From Candidatus Bathyarchaeota archaeon (GTDB taxonomy: Archaea; Thermoproteota; Bathyarchaeia; 40CM-2-53-6; RBG-13-38-9), in assembly GCA_963807605.1 (NCBI GenBank), contig CAWECG010000003.1:704001-768000 (forward strand): a DNA stretch of 64,000 bases. Direction: 5' to 3'. The position numbers and the translations under genes are program-made. Each line of letters opens with the position of its first letter. The stretch's first letter is position 1. This document shows positions 1 through 10,204 of the stretch, one piece after another. The notes beneath the pieces are model-generated. The model saw only the letters and a program-made list of their open reading frames with translations, made no database searches and was not told the DNA's origin.

Positions 1-151
1 TGTGAACGAAAACATCCTTAATACTCTCGAAACTCAAGCCTCGATTCCTTGTGAACTCTTCTTCAGACATATTCTCGAAGGCATGGAGGAGTCCGTCCCG
101 CTCCTTCTTGAAGTAATCAAACATATCCTGATAATCCAGCAAACCAAACAC
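1..151 (-). CDS. DinB/YfiT-like family protein (5' part; runs off window start)
   Basis: Manual translation LLDYQDMFDYFKKERDGLLHAFENMSEEEFTRNRGLSFESIKDVFVH fits the DinB N-terminal pattern (..eef......SI.d...H); start GTG 151 or TTG 142. Confidence 0.65.
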   Translation of the reverse strand, partial: MFGLLDYQDMFDYFKKERDGLLHAFENMSEEEFTRNRGLSFESIKDVFVH

Positions 152-448
152 CAACCAAACATCTACAGGTATTGCTAGATGAATTCTTAACCTCTACCGT
201 CGGCAACACGCGCGCGTAATCTTAGGCCTTAGACGCATTCAACATGAGACGTCGCGGCGCCTTCGCCGTCGAATGTGAAGTTGGGATGTTGTAGGCCGAA
301 TTTCAATTTGAGAATTTCGCTTCAACACCCCATCGACGTCGAACGATTATTTATCGACTTGCTACGCATTTGCCAAGACAATTCGACAACAGGAACGACT
401 TGTTGTTGGTGTCTGTTCTTCGATCATCCGCTAGATCAGGATCCTAAT

Positions 449-1180
449 TTATGGTTCTTGAAGTATACGTTGCTTGTTGCCAAACCGGTTATGGTGCGCG
501 AAATCTTCTACATTACGGCGCACTCTCATGTATTTAGTTGGCGCAGAGATGGGGTAGCCTAAGCGGCAGGTAAAGGCAATTTTCATGTATTCGGGGATAT
601 CGAGAATTCTCTTCACTTCTTTCTCGACGGCGTTCGCACTGAAGGCACTCATTATGTGAAAGCTAATCCCTAGGGACTGGGCCATGAGCCACATGTTCTC
701 CATTACGCAGCCAAGACTCATAATGCCCAAAACATCCCCCTCTGAACCAGGTGCTCTCTTCCTGGAGTCATGGATCACTATCAGAAGCATCGGACTGTCC
801 CGAATGATTTCTTGCAGGGATCTGGTCCCTCTCTCACGAACGACTTCATCCAGCTTTGCAGGATTAGTCCATGACGGCGGGAACATGGCGGCGAGGAGTC
901 CAACCTTCTTTTGGAGTAACTCTTTTTCCGAGAATGAGAGCTGCTGATAGTTCTCCCGAATGAACTCTTCCGAGATCGGGGACTTGATCCTTCCTATCTT
1001 CTCCAGAAGCTTCTTGTCGTCTACGACGAGAATCTTGAAGTTCTGCATGTTGTGGGCCGTGGGCGCCCAGCGCGCCGCCTCAAGGATCTGCCTTACATCC
1101 TGCTTACTCACAGGGCGCTCCCGATCGAAGGGAACCCTCGACGAATGCCTTTCCTCGATGAGCTTCACGATATTAGTCAT
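449..1180 (-). CDS. Nitroreductase family protein
   Basis: RHSSR..F, ARWAPTAHNMQNF, LGCVMENMWLMAQSLG, LGYP motifs. Confidence 0.9.
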   Translation of the reverse strand: MTNIVKLIEERHSSRVPFDRERPVSKQDVRQILEAARWAPTAHNMQNFKILVVDDKKLLEKIGRIKSPISEEFIRENYQQLSFSEKELLQKKVGLLAAMFPPSWTNPAKLDEVVRERGTRSLQEIIRDSPMLLIVIHDSRKRAPGSEGDVLGIMSLGCVMENMWLMAQSLGISFHIMSAFSANAVEKEVKRILDIPEYMKIAFTCRLGYPISAPTKYMRVRRNVEDFAHHNRFGNKQRILQEP

Positions 1181-1460
1181 GACGACCCTCCCACCTTCAG
1201 AATCGCAACTTCTCACTGCCTAGCATATTAACTCGACGAGTAAGGGAGTTCTAGCGCGCGCTAAAAGAAGAATAATCACATCAGTAGAGGAGTAGATCTC
1301 TTCTAATCAGGACCCTCTCGCATAACCGAGAATTCCTACATCCACTTTTCCGTAACGCGCGTTTACGATCCTACGATAAGGGAAGGGTTCAACTGATGTC
1401 ACTATTCTCTCCCTACAAATACTCACGCACTACCTTTGATAAATCGTGGTTTGTATGCGG

Positions 1461-2474
1461 CTATGTCCCAGCCCGCGTTTTCTTAAGATCGAGAGCACGA
1501 AGTACTCTTTCTGGCGTAATAGGTAGTTCGTCGATCCACACACCCACGGCATCGTACACTGCATTCATAATCGCTGGCGATGGCGCGTTGGCTGTAAACT
1601 CCCCGATTCCTTTTACACCATACGGTCCGCCAGTAGATGGGCACTCGTAGATCCCTGCTACCAATTCAGGAACATCCATCACTGATGGAATGACATAGTC
1701 ACCAAGATTCTCAGGCTGCCACTTGAGCTCAGGATAGTATGGATGTAGATGTTCCATCAAGGCAGCGCCCATGCCCATCACCGCGCCACCCTCAATCTGG
1801 CCCTCAACTAGCATTGGATTTATTGCCTTACCAGCATCTACAACAGACGTAAGCTTGAGCACATCGACCACACCAGTCTCCGTGTCCACTTCTACTTCCG
1901 CTTGCACTGCGGTCCATGCAAGTGTTGTGAACGGGTCGATTCTACCTGTCACTGGATCAAGCTTAGAAGCAGGTCGCATGAAGTATCCGTTCCCAATAAG
2001 CGCCTTACCCAGCTCATATATCGCCTTGTTCGCGATAGCATCAATGTTCACACAACGCTCCGGTGATCCTCTGACAAAGATCTTACCTTTCTGAGCTACT
2101 AGATCTTTTGTTGAAACATCTAGATCTTCGGCTGCCACTTCAAACAGGATCGATCGCACTTGACGGGCCGCGTTCACCACGGCATTGCCCGTCATATACG
2201 TTACGCGGCTCGCAATACTGCCTGCACAGTGTGGACAGGTGTCAGTATCCCGATTCAGAACGTTGACTTGATCATACCCGATTCCTAACTCTTCGGCCGC
2301 CATCTGCGCCAACACGGTTTTACAGCCTTGGCCGACATCTGTTGATCCCACAATCAGATCCGCGGTACCATCGGGTTTGATCTTGATGATGGCATGACTT
2401 GGATCTCCGCCGCCAGTGAATCCTGTTGGATATAGCCCAACAGCAATTCCTTTACCTTTTTTCTTCATATTCAA
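1461..2474 (-). CDS. Xanthine dehydrogenase family molybdopterin subunit, C-terminal/medium chain (NdhM-like)
   Basis: DVGQG, GQIEGG..MG.G, GPYGVKGIGE motifs; split Mo subunit. Confidence 0.9.
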   Translation of the reverse strand: MNMKKKGKGIAVGLYPTGFTGGGDPSHAIIKIKPDGTADLIVGSTDVGQGCKTVLAQMAAEELGIGYDQVNVLNRDTDTCPHCAGSIASRVTYMTGNAVVNAARQVRSILFEVAAEDLDVSTKDLVAQKGKIFVRGSPERCVNIDAIANKAIYELGKALIGNGYFMRPASKLDPVTGRIDPFTTLAWTAVQAEVEVDTETGVVDVLKLTSVVDAGKAINPMLVEGQIEGGAVMGMGAALMEHLHPYYPELKWQPENLGDYVIPSVMDVPELVAGIYECPSTGGPYGVKGIGEFTANAPSPAIMNAVYDAVGVWIDELPITPERVLRALDLKKTRAGT

Positions 2475-3823
2475 TCATACCTCTTCGATGAAGACATGTT
2501 CTTTAGTTTGTGTGGCAAATCGACACCCGCTTTTTGCGCCAGACTCTGCATGACCTCTATCAATGCAACGCTGTCCACAGAACTCTGGGTCGGTGTCAGA
2601 TCGCCCTCACGATAAGCGTTTATGAAACGAATTTCCCAAGGATCTATTCCCAAACAGGTTGCGATCTTGTTCATCTGGATCTCGGTCGAGAAGGTGCTAG
2701 GTGTGAGGCCAAAGCCTCGCATAGAACTGGACGGAGGCTTGTTTGTTAATACGCAGGATACTTCAATGTCGACGTTTGGTATTAAGTACGGCCCTGTAGC
2801 GTAGTAGGCATACTTGTCCACAACGTAGGGGTTCATTCCTAGATATCCCCCGGCTTCGCGGGTGCTCTGAATCTGACGTGCAACGATGCGTCCGTTCTTC
2901 TTGACGCCATCCTTGATTCTGATATTCCATGCACCTCGATAAGAAGAGTAGAGTAGCTCTTCTTCACGTGTCCAACGCCACTTCACAGGCCGGCCTGTTT
3001 TCAGCGCTACTACAGCAGTCACATGATCGGATTGAATGTCATTCTTTCCACCAAAGCCCCCGCCTATTGTCCCGCCTACAAAACATATCTTGTTAAGAGG
3101 CATCTGCAAGATGTTGCTGAGCATCCTTTGATGCCAGTAGGGTGCTTGGCTCATGCTATAGATTGTTAGTTTGCCGTTGGCTTCTGGCACAGCCACGCTG
3201 ACCTGCGGCTCCATCTGGGCATGTTCGAAAGTAGGATGTTTGTATTCCCCTTCGACAATCTCATCTGCCTGTCTAAATCCGGCATCTATATCGCCAAAGG
3301 TGATCTTTCGGCAAGGATTCCCGTCAACCATATAGACGTTGCCTTCCGGGCTCACTTTCGGGCTATCCGGCTCCATTGCTCTTAACGGATCAAACACGCC
3401 TTCCTGCTCCTCAATATCCACTTCAACTTGACCAACTGCCTCAAGGGCCGTATCCTCATCCACCGCCGCTACTGCGACGATGGGCTCACCTTTGAAGCGA
3501 ACAGAATCTTCGGCAAGAACTGGCTGGTCTTGAACACAGGGTCCAAACTTGTTGTTTGGGACATCACGCCCCGTGATTACTCCCACTACTCCCGGTGTCT
3601 TCTCCGCCTTACTGACATCGATGTTCTTGATAATTCCCTTGAACACTGGACTCCTGAAGACCTTAATGTACAACACGTCTGGAAAAAGTATGTCGTCTAC
3701 AAACTTGGTTCTTCCAGTGACATGATCTAAACCGTCATAACGCTTCTCTCTTCTACCCACGACGTTCAGAGTCTCTTTCGCATGTTCTAGATGTGTTAGC
3801 ACCTGCAATCTTGTCCACCTCAT
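2471..3823 (-). CDS. Xanthine dehydrogenase family molybdopterin subunit, N-terminal/large chain (NdhL-like)
   Basis: Hammerhead domain, HAQMEP, GGGFGGK, MRGFG motifs. Confidence 0.9.
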   Translation of the reverse strand: MRWTRLQVLTHLEHAKETLNVVGRREKRYDGLDHVTGRTKFVDDILFPDVLYIKVFRSPVFKGIIKNIDVSKAEKTPGVVGVITGRDVPNNKFGPCVQDQPVLAEDSVRFKGEPIVAVAAVDEDTALEAVGQVEVDIEEQEGVFDPLRAMEPDSPKVSPEGNVYMVDGNPCRKITFGDIDAGFRQADEIVEGEYKHPTFEHAQMEPQVSVAVPEANGKLTIYSMSQAPYWHQRMLSNILQMPLNKICFVGGTIGGGFGGKNDIQSDHVTAVVALKTGRPVKWRWTREEELLYSSYRGAWNIRIKDGVKKNGRIVARQIQSTREAGGYLGMNPYVVDKYAYYATGPYLIPNVDIEVSCVLTNKPPSSSMRGFGLTPSTFSTEIQMNKIATCLGIDPWEIRFINAYREGDLTPTQSSVDSVALIEVMQSLAQKAGVDLPHKLKNMSSSKRYD

Positions 3824-4305
3824 CTATAGTTAATACTGGCTTCTCCCATTTCTTTAGCAGCAGCCATTACCGAATCTATAATCTTCACATAGCCTGTACA
3901 GCGGCAGAGATTGCCTGATAATGCTTCTTTGACTTCTTCTCTTGTGGGGTTAGGATTTTCGTCAAGCAATGCTTTGGCTGCGAGGATCATTCCTGGAGTG
4001 CAAAAGCCACATTGAGCACCGTAATGTTCGTGGAAAGCTTTCTGAAGAGGATGTAATGCTCTCAGTTTACGCAACCCTTCTATTGTGATAACGCTTTTTC
4101 CCTGAGTAGTCAGCGCATTAGTGATGCAGGACTTGACTAGGCGACCATCTAGAAGGACTGAACAACAGCCGCAGTCGCCGGTGTTGCAGCCGATTTTGGG
4201 GCTTGTGATGCTGAGTTCGTCCCGCAACACCTCAAGCAGGCTTGTGTCTGCCTCCACTTCCACTTTGTGAGACCGATCATTCACATTCAGTACGAGTGTG
4301 TACAC
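3820..4305 (-). CDS. 2Fe-2S small subunit (CoxS/NdhS-like)
   Basis: GCNTGDCGCC, QCGFCTPG, NLCRCTGY. Confidence 0.95.
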   Translation of the reverse strand: MYTLVLNVNDRSHKVEVEADTSLLEVLRDELSITSPKIGCNTGDCGCCSVLLDGRLVKSCITNALTTQGKSVITIEGLRKLRALHPLQKAFHEHYGAQCGFCTPGMILAAKALLDENPNPTREEVKEALSGNLCRCTGYVKIIDSVMAAAKEMGEASINYR

Positions 4306-4321
4306 TTGTGTCTTCCTCCTT

Positions 4322-5170
4322 TTATTTCGCCAGCTCTTCCAGAAGGCCTTTCACTAGCGCTCTTGTGGCTCGTCTCCGATACCACGCCGTCGCTCGCACA
4401 TCATCTATGGGACTGGTTTCTTCTGCCGCCATTTTCGCTACAGATTCCATTAGGCGAGTATTCAATTGCCTGCCCTCTAACAGATCGGCTGCCTTCTTGG
4501 CTAGGATTGGTGTGGGCGCCACCGCGCATAGGGCGATCCTTGTTTTGCTGCATTTGCCGTTGTCGAATCTTGCTGAAATCGCCCCCGCGACTACGGAGAG
4601 TGTTTCTGCCTGTCGGCGACCAAGCTTCCGATACGCCCATTTCGTATTGATATCGGGTGTTGGTATAATCACTTCTTTCAACAGTTCATCTGGACTTAGC
4701 ACAGTCTTTCCAGGCCCCTTAAAGAATTCTTCGATTGGAATCATCCTTTCGCCCCTCTTTGAGGTTAGCCTTAGCGATGCTCCCAAGGCAAGCAATGGTA
4801 CTGCTGAATCGGCTGCTGGAGATGCATTTGCTAGGTTTCCACCGATCGTTGCTGAGTTCCTGATTGCCGGTCCGGCAATATGGCGAACAGCCTCTACTAA
4901 TAGTGGTATTTTCTCTTGCACTGATTCTGATCGTGTGATATCTGTTAGGGGGGTCGCCGCCCCGATTATGATATTGGTTTCTTCCAACTTGATGTAGTTC
5001 AGCCCACATCCTCCAATGTGGACCAGTACTTCTGGAGCGGTTAGCCTTCGATTGAGTTTGACCATCACGTCTGTGCCGCCGGCTAGGATCTTGGCCTTAT
5101 CTCCATATTGTGCCAGCATATCATAGGCATCCTGCAGGTCGCGTGCGTTGTGAAAGGCTATTTTGGCCAC
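4322..5170 (-). CDS. FAD-binding subunit (CoxM/NdhF-like)
   Basis: AGGTD, IRNSATIGGNL, DDVRATAWYR. Confidence 0.95.
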   Translation of the reverse strand: MAKIAFHNARDLQDAYDMLAQYGDKAKILAGGTDVMVKLNRRLTAPEVLVHIGGCGLNYIKLEETNIIIGAATPLTDITRSESVQEKIPLLVEAVRHIAGPAIRNSATIGGNLANASPAADSAVPLLALGASLRLTSKRGERMIPIEEFFKGPGKTVLSPDELLKEVIIPTPDINTKWAYRKLGRRQAETLSVVAGAISARFDNGKCSKTRIALCAVAPTPILAKKAADLLEGRQLNTRLMESVAKMAAEETSPIDDVRATAWYRRRATRALVKGLLEELAK

Positions 5171-5424
5171 TTTGTATCTACCTACGAAATCATCAATGTT
5201 TTTTGGCTTTAAACTTATTTAGAGCAACGGCGTAGAAAGAGCCTTCCGCGCGCCAATGCATGCTTGGTCCTCTTCTTCCTTTCTCCTGAGACACGCATTA
5301 ATTGCGTCAGGATGACCTAGATACGACGGCACCATGTAACGCGCGCGTTGCTCCCTTTCTTGGCGGAAGCTAATCATTTATTCGTAGTTTGGATTTATAC
5401 ATATTCACGATATGACGGATACGT

Positions 5425-6810
5425 TTGATCTTGTTCGCCAAGATTAGCTATGACAAGGGGACAATTCTGGTCAGAGGTGATGTGCATGTCCCTAACTCAA
5501 GTTGGGATTCTCGCTCAGGCGCCTACAGGGCGATGGGACTATACTACAGGGAGATCATCGATTACCTCAATCTAAGTGGCATCCAGTATAGCGATGAGGC
5601 ACTTGATCTGCTTCCATGTCCTCATCTACACTGTAAGGTGAGAATGCGAAGTTACCAGGAGGAGGCTTTGAGTGCGTGGCTCAAGGCTGGGAGACGAGGT
5701 GTGGTCGTGCTTCCTACCGGTTCTGGCAAGACAGTTATTGGAGTGGGAGCTATCTCGAGGCTAGACGTTCCGGCGATAGTGATTGTTCCGACGTTGGATC
5801 TGGTGGAGCAGTGGAGGCGGGTCCTCTCAAGAGAGTTTGAGGTTGAGGTTGGTGCTTATGGGGGTGGAGAGAGTGTTCTGAGGCCGCTGACCGTCTCAAC
5901 CTATGACTCTGCCTACCTACGGGTTATTGAGCTTGGGAACAGGTTTGGATTGATGATCCTTGATGAGGTTCATCATCTTCCAGCTATGGGCTTCCGCAAT
6001 ATCGCCGAGATGTTTGCGTCACCGTATAGGATGGGTTTAACAGCTACCTATGAGCGGGAAGATAATCTCCATTTGGATCTGCCGCGGTTGGTTGGAGGAA
6101 AAGTCTACGAACTCGCTGTTCAAGATTTGGCCGGTCGACACCTTTCAGAGTACGATCTTGAGAGAATCTATGTCGAACTGACTCCGGAGGAAGAGGCTGA
6201 GTATAATGGAAAGTATAAGGTCTTCAGAGACTTCTTGGCGAGTCGCGGACTGGTGCTAAGGACTCCGACGGATTTTACTCACTTCATAATGCGGACAGGT
6301 AGAGATCCAGCTGCGAGAGAAGCGCTCCTTGCCAGGAATAGAGCGCTGGACATAGCCCTGAACTCTCAGTCAAAGCTTGAAGCCCTGAAGAAGATCCTGT
6401 TGGAGAATCCGTCCGATTCGACCATTATCTTCACTCAACATAACAAGCTCGTGCACAGAATCGCTAGAGACTTTCTCATCCCATGCATAACATATATGAC
6501 GCCCAAGGATGAGCGGACGGAGATCCTTGACAGTTTTCGAGATGGCAAGTATAGGCTGGTTGTGACATCAAAGGTTCTTGATGAGGGTGTTGACATTCCG
6601 GATGCAGCCCGAGCAATCATACTGAGTGGCACAGGAAGTTCAAGGGAGTTCATACAGCGCTTAGGCAGGATCTTGAGGAAGAGAGAAGGCAAGAGGGCGA
6701 AGCTAGTTGAGATTGTCTCGAGAGAGACAGTTGAGACCCGTATGAGCTGGAGGCGTAAGAGGAAGTGGAGGGAAGATGCTACCGTCGAACCTTCTGATAA
6801 CCCGATCTAG
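5425..6810 (+). CDS. xpb: XPB/Rad25-like SF2 helicase
   Basis: LPTGSGKT, DEVHH, GLTAT, DEGVD, QRLGRILR; overlaps downstream DUF790 gene as in archaeal XPB-Bax1. Confidence 0.9.
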   Translation: MILFAKISYDKGTILVRGDVHVPNSSWDSRSGAYRAMGLYYREIIDYLNLSGIQYSDEALDLLPCPHLHCKVRMRSYQEEALSAWLKAGRRGVVVLPTGSGKTVIGVGAISRLDVPAIVIVPTLDLVEQWRRVLSREFEVEVGAYGGGESVLRPLTVSTYDSAYLRVIELGNRFGLMILDEVHHLPAMGFRNIAEMFASPYRMGLTATYEREDNLHLDLPRLVGGKVYELAVQDLAGRHLSEYDLERIYVELTPEEEAEYNGKYKVFRDFLASRGLVLRTPTDFTHFIMRTGRDPAAREALLARNRALDIALNSQSKLEALKKILLENPSDSTIIFTQHNKLVHRIARDFLIPCITYMTPKDERTEILDSFRDGKYRLVVTSKVLDEGVDIPDAARAIILSGTGSSREFIQRLGRILRKREGKRAKLVEIVSRETVETRMSWRRKRKWREDATVEPSDNPI

Positions 6811-8326
6811 GGCAGGCAAGATCAAGCCAGTCTACTGTCCAATCGACAATCGTCACCTGGATCTAGCATCTGATCTAATAGAGGCCTTCAGCAAGAATAT
6901 TGGGAGAAGGAAAGGGGAGCTACTTAATTTTCTGGAACGATTCGAGGGTCTGGGCTACGATTATAGATTGATACGTGGACTGTCCACCCTCCTTGAGCGG
7001 AGATGCACCTTCGACGTCAAAAGCCAAGTCGACCAGAGAGAAGCTAGAAGAATAGTCTTCACGGAAGCGAACAGATACCCGCTTGTAGCAACAGAAGAGA
7101 TGAAGAGTGCTGTTCTGTCAAAGGCAGCCTCCATATTGAATGTTGCAGCTGCGGATCTCGAAGCCTCATTGTGGAGTGACCTGGATGAAGAGCTAATAGT
7201 GAAAGAGTTCAGCCCTATGGCAGCTGAAGAGCTGCTCAAGTTATACAATATGAGTCTGACGCAGACACTCATGTTCAAAGCCACCAGAATTGAGTTCCAG
7301 GTTGCGGCAAACTACAAAGAGATCTTTAGACGGATCAAATTTCTAGGCCTAATGTATACTATAGAAGAAGACGTTGGATCACTCAAGGTTTCAGTAGACG
7401 GTCCAATGTCACTATTCAAACTTACTGAAAGATATGGCACATCATTTGCGAAGCTTCTCCCATCGATAGTTGAGGCTAAAGAGTGGAGGCTCAAAGCAAC
7501 AATAGTCGCTGGCCAGAAACACTCGCCCCGAATACTCCAACTGGAGCTGAACAGCAACAATCTCAGTAACATAATTACGTCACAGAGTCTTGAGCGAGAA
7601 GAGGGATGGGTCTTTGACAGCTCTGTGGAGGAGAAGTTTGCGAGAAGCTTCAGTGTTCTTGGAACTGGCTGGAGATTGGTGAGGGAGCCTGAGGCGCTAG
7701 TTGTTGGAAGGCAGGTAATGATCCCAGACTTCGGCTTTGAGAAGGCTGGGATGAAAGCCTACTTGGAGGTCGTTGGCTTCTGGACCGAGGACTACTTGGA
7801 GAAGAAGATTCAGAAGCTCAAACAGCTCCGTGCCAAAAACATGATTATCGCCGTTGACAAGACTTTAGGCTATTCAAGATTCAAGAAGTTGGGGATGGAG
7901 ATTCTATTCTACGAGAGAGAGGTTCCAGTAAGGCCCATCATGGACTACCTGAGAGGCATAGAAAAGGAAAACATAGCAAAGCAGGTTGAAGCCTTGATGG
8001 GCGTTGAGTTACGACTGCAAGACGATGTGGTTCCTCTTCAAAAGTTGACGGAGGAGCTTCAGACATCAAAGGCAGCCCTTAAGCGTAGACTGCAGAATGT
8101 TCCCTTGAAAGGTTACAGACTGATTGGTGATGACCTGGTCTCTGAGAACAAACTGGAAGATGTCGATAGGAGATTAAGTCAACTGGGAGAGGCAAAGCTC
8201 TCAACAGCATCAGGACTCATGCAAGAGATGGGCATAGAAAATCCTCAGGAAGTGCTTGAAGCCTTAGGTTACAGTATAAAATGGCATGGTCTGGATCAAG
8301 ATAAAGCGCAAGTCTACAAAGAATAG
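6776..8326 (+). CDS. bax1: Bax1 / DUF790 endonuclease
   Basis: MLPSNLL start, DGP.SLF...ERYG, FDSSVEEKF, IPDF, EVVGFWT..YL.KK. Confidence 0.9.
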   Translation: MLPSNLLITRSRAGKIKPVYCPIDNRHLDLASDLIEAFSKNIGRRKGELLNFLERFEGLGYDYRLIRGLSTLLERRCTFDVKSQVDQREARRIVFTEANRYPLVATEEMKSAVLSKAASILNVAAADLEASLWSDLDEELIVKEFSPMAAEELLKLYNMSLTQTLMFKATRIEFQVAANYKEIFRRIKFLGLMYTIEEDVGSLKVSVDGPMSLFKLTERYGTSFAKLLPSIVEAKEWRLKATIVAGQKHSPRILQLELNSNNLSNIITSQSLEREEGWVFDSSVEEKFARSFSVLGTGWRLVREPEALVVGRQVMIPDFGFEKAGMKAYLEVVGFWTEDYLEKKIQKLKQLRAKNMIIAVDKTLGYSRFKKLGMEILFYEREVPVRPIMDYLRGIEKENIAKQVEALMGVELRLQDDVVPLQKLTEELQTSKAALKRRLQNVPLKGYRLIGDDLVSENKLEDVDRRLSQLGEAKLSTASGLMQEMGIENPQEVLEALGYSIKWHGLDQDKAQVYKE

Positions 8327-8424
8327 AATACGATAGCGCGCGCCACTCGAAGCCCAGGCTCGCATTGTCGGAAGTTGCTTATTCGAGTGTTAGTGCTATG
8401 TTGTATATGAGAGGTGACTAATGT

Positions 8425-8535
8425 ATGGCAGGCAAGAGAAGTAGGGGAGCTAAGAAAGCGTGGACGGCTAGTAGAGAGAGGAAGGTGGCGAAAGCACGCG
8501 AGAAGAAGAAAGAACGCAAAGCCGCCCTTTTCTGA
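8425..8535 (+). CDS. Small Lys/Arg-rich protein (36 aa), unknown
   Basis: MAGKRSRGAKKAWTASRERKVAKAREKKKERKAALF; GAGGTGA RBS 7 nt upstream; followed by GAGGGGG-TACA-CCCCCTC hairpin. Confidence 0.6.
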   Translation: MAGKRSRGAKKAWTASRERKVAKAREKKKERKAALF

Positions 8536-8612
8536 GGGGGTACACCCCCTCCCGGTGAATGTCGATGGCCAACAGTCTTACGCACTAGCGCACGCTATCT
8601 GAACCTTATTAA

Positions 8613-8719
8613 TGGCGGGCCCGCGGGGATTTGAACCCCGGACCTTTAGCTTTCGCCTGTATGATTAGGAGGCTCAGCCAAACCTGCCTACTGCTCTATC
8701 CATACTGAGCTACGGGCCC
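8613..8719 (-). tRNA. tRNA-Arg(CCT) with two introns (15 nt at ~29/30 and 14 nt at 37/38), CCA encoded
   Basis: Removing two inserts gives a 78-nt cloverleaf GGGCCCGTAGCTCAGTATGGATAGAGCAGTAGCCTCCTAAGCTAAAGGTCCGGGGTTCAAATCCCCGCGGGCCCGCCA. Confidence 0.85.
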
Positions 8720-8876
8720 TACAACGATTCCAGCGGTCTGACAGTGGCAACCAGCTATGGCTATTCCTCTCTAAAAGGACTTCCACACCTAATCAACCTT
8801 GTCTGGACTTAGAAACTGGACGATGGTTGTTAGTCCGAAAGCGCACGCTAGCAATGACAATCAACAAATGCGGCCA

Positions 8877-10079
8877 TCATTCTTTCCGAGATTTCTCTAG
8901 AAGACTCTTGACTCGGAGTTGCCTAAAGAATTCAAGAGCAAATCCAGCTGTTACTTCCAGTCTTTCTGGCCTCATAATGCTAGGAATATCTAGTGGGGTG
9001 TGATATCGCAAATCGGATCCGCAATTAGCTATCCAGATGGAGGGAATTCCTCTTTCAGCGAATAGACGTTGATCACTGCCAGGGCGTGGAGGCGTGTTCC
9101 AACAATCGACTACGACACCCATCTGCTCAGTTATCGTCTGACAAAAAGCCCTTATGTCAGCCGTCACCCCCACCTCAACTTTGCTCCGATCAGATCCGAC
9201 TGTGTCCAAGTTGATGATCGCATTAATATCACTCAAATCTTGTTGATGACGTTCAACATAACCAGCAGATCCCCAGAGACCGAGTTCTTCACCACTGAAC
9301 AAGACACATTCGAAACCCGTCTCTTCGCTACGGGTTAGTTCACGGGCCAACTCCACAATAGTTGCTACACCAGCAGCATTATCCATTGCGTGAATACCGT
9401 TCCAGAGACTGTCGTAGTGGGCTGACAATAATATGCGCGGGCCCGCGAGGTTGGATGGACGCCCGATGAGATTCTGACCCTCCTTCCATTCCATTCTGCC
9501 ATCGGTCTGAAGGGTTGCTTCCACATGTTCGCCAGACTGCAGACGAGGAATAATCTTACGACCGTCTTCTCCTCCAATACATACGCTAGGTATGCTGCCT
9601 GGTTTTCGATCCAGCCGACCAGAGCCGCATCGAATGGTGTTGTCTTGAAGGGTAGTGACCGAGATTAATCCTAGTGCACCAGTTGCCTCTGCTGCGGTGT
9701 AGGCTAAGAATGATCTCATGTTATCTGAGACTAGTATTGATTCGGTCAGGTCTATGCCTTGAGTTTTAAGTTTGGCGATTTCCTCTTGTGTGCCAGCTCC
9801 ACAATACGCAAGGGGTGCAGTCACCGGCTTCCTAGCGAAAGCCGCATTGACTAAGGGTTCGCAGTCAAGCCTTCTTCCATCGAGGTGGAGTGATACACTT
9901 TTTGTTTCATAAGACAAATAGCTGAAAGACTCCGTCTCTGCTTGAAGGCCAATTTCTTCAAGCCGTGAAAGAATGTAATCTCTAGCTTTTGCAAGGCCGT
10001 CCGTGCCCATATAGCGCGATCCAAAGCTGCAAATGGTTTCGACAATAGAATAGATCTCTTGACCACTAATCGATCCCAT
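8877..10079 (-). CDS. M28 family aminopeptidase with PA domain
   Basis: SAHYDS, AMDNAAG, SGEELGLWGS, NLD, SD..F, YHT..D. Confidence 0.9.
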   Translation of the reverse strand: MGSISGQEIYSIVETICSFGSRYMGTDGLAKARDYILSRLEEIGLQAETESFSYLSYETKSVSLHLDGRRLDCEPLVNAAFARKPVTAPLAYCGAGTQEEIAKLKTQGIDLTESILVSDNMRSFLAYTAAEATGALGLISVTTLQDNTIRCGSGRLDRKPGSIPSVCIGGEDGRKIIPRLQSGEHVEATLQTDGRMEWKEGQNLIGRPSNLAGPRILLSAHYDSLWNGIHAMDNAAGVATIVELARELTRSEETGFECVLFSGEELGLWGSAGYVERHQQDLSDINAIINLDTVGSDRSKVEVGVTADIRAFCQTITEQMGVVVDCWNTPPRPGSDQRLFAERGIPSIWIANCGSDLRYHTPLDIPSIMRPERLEVTAGFALEFFRQLRVKSLLEKSRKE

Positions 10080-10204
10080 AAATCATCTCACCTAGTCGAA
10101 CAATCAACCCTGCTCAAATGACATGCAGTTATAGTGAATGTTAGAAATAGTTCTCACCATTTAGGATTCCGCGCATCATAAAGGTCATTTCACTTGTCTA
10201 TTGC

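Noticed and set aside
1069-1076. Short GCGCGC hexamers inside intact genes (also ~37129)
   Set aside because: Explained by Ala/Arg codons, 6-7 nt long, and homology continues on both sides; not counted as junctions
4242-4997. Long antisense ORFs (also 57289-57972, 39543-39989, 27888-28274)
   Set aside because: Shadow frames opposite well-supported genes, with no recognisable motifs
8414-8602. 62-aa ORF from the track
   Set aside because: Its start lies inside the RBS; the alternative frame 8425-8535 has proper RBS spacing and a downstream hairpin
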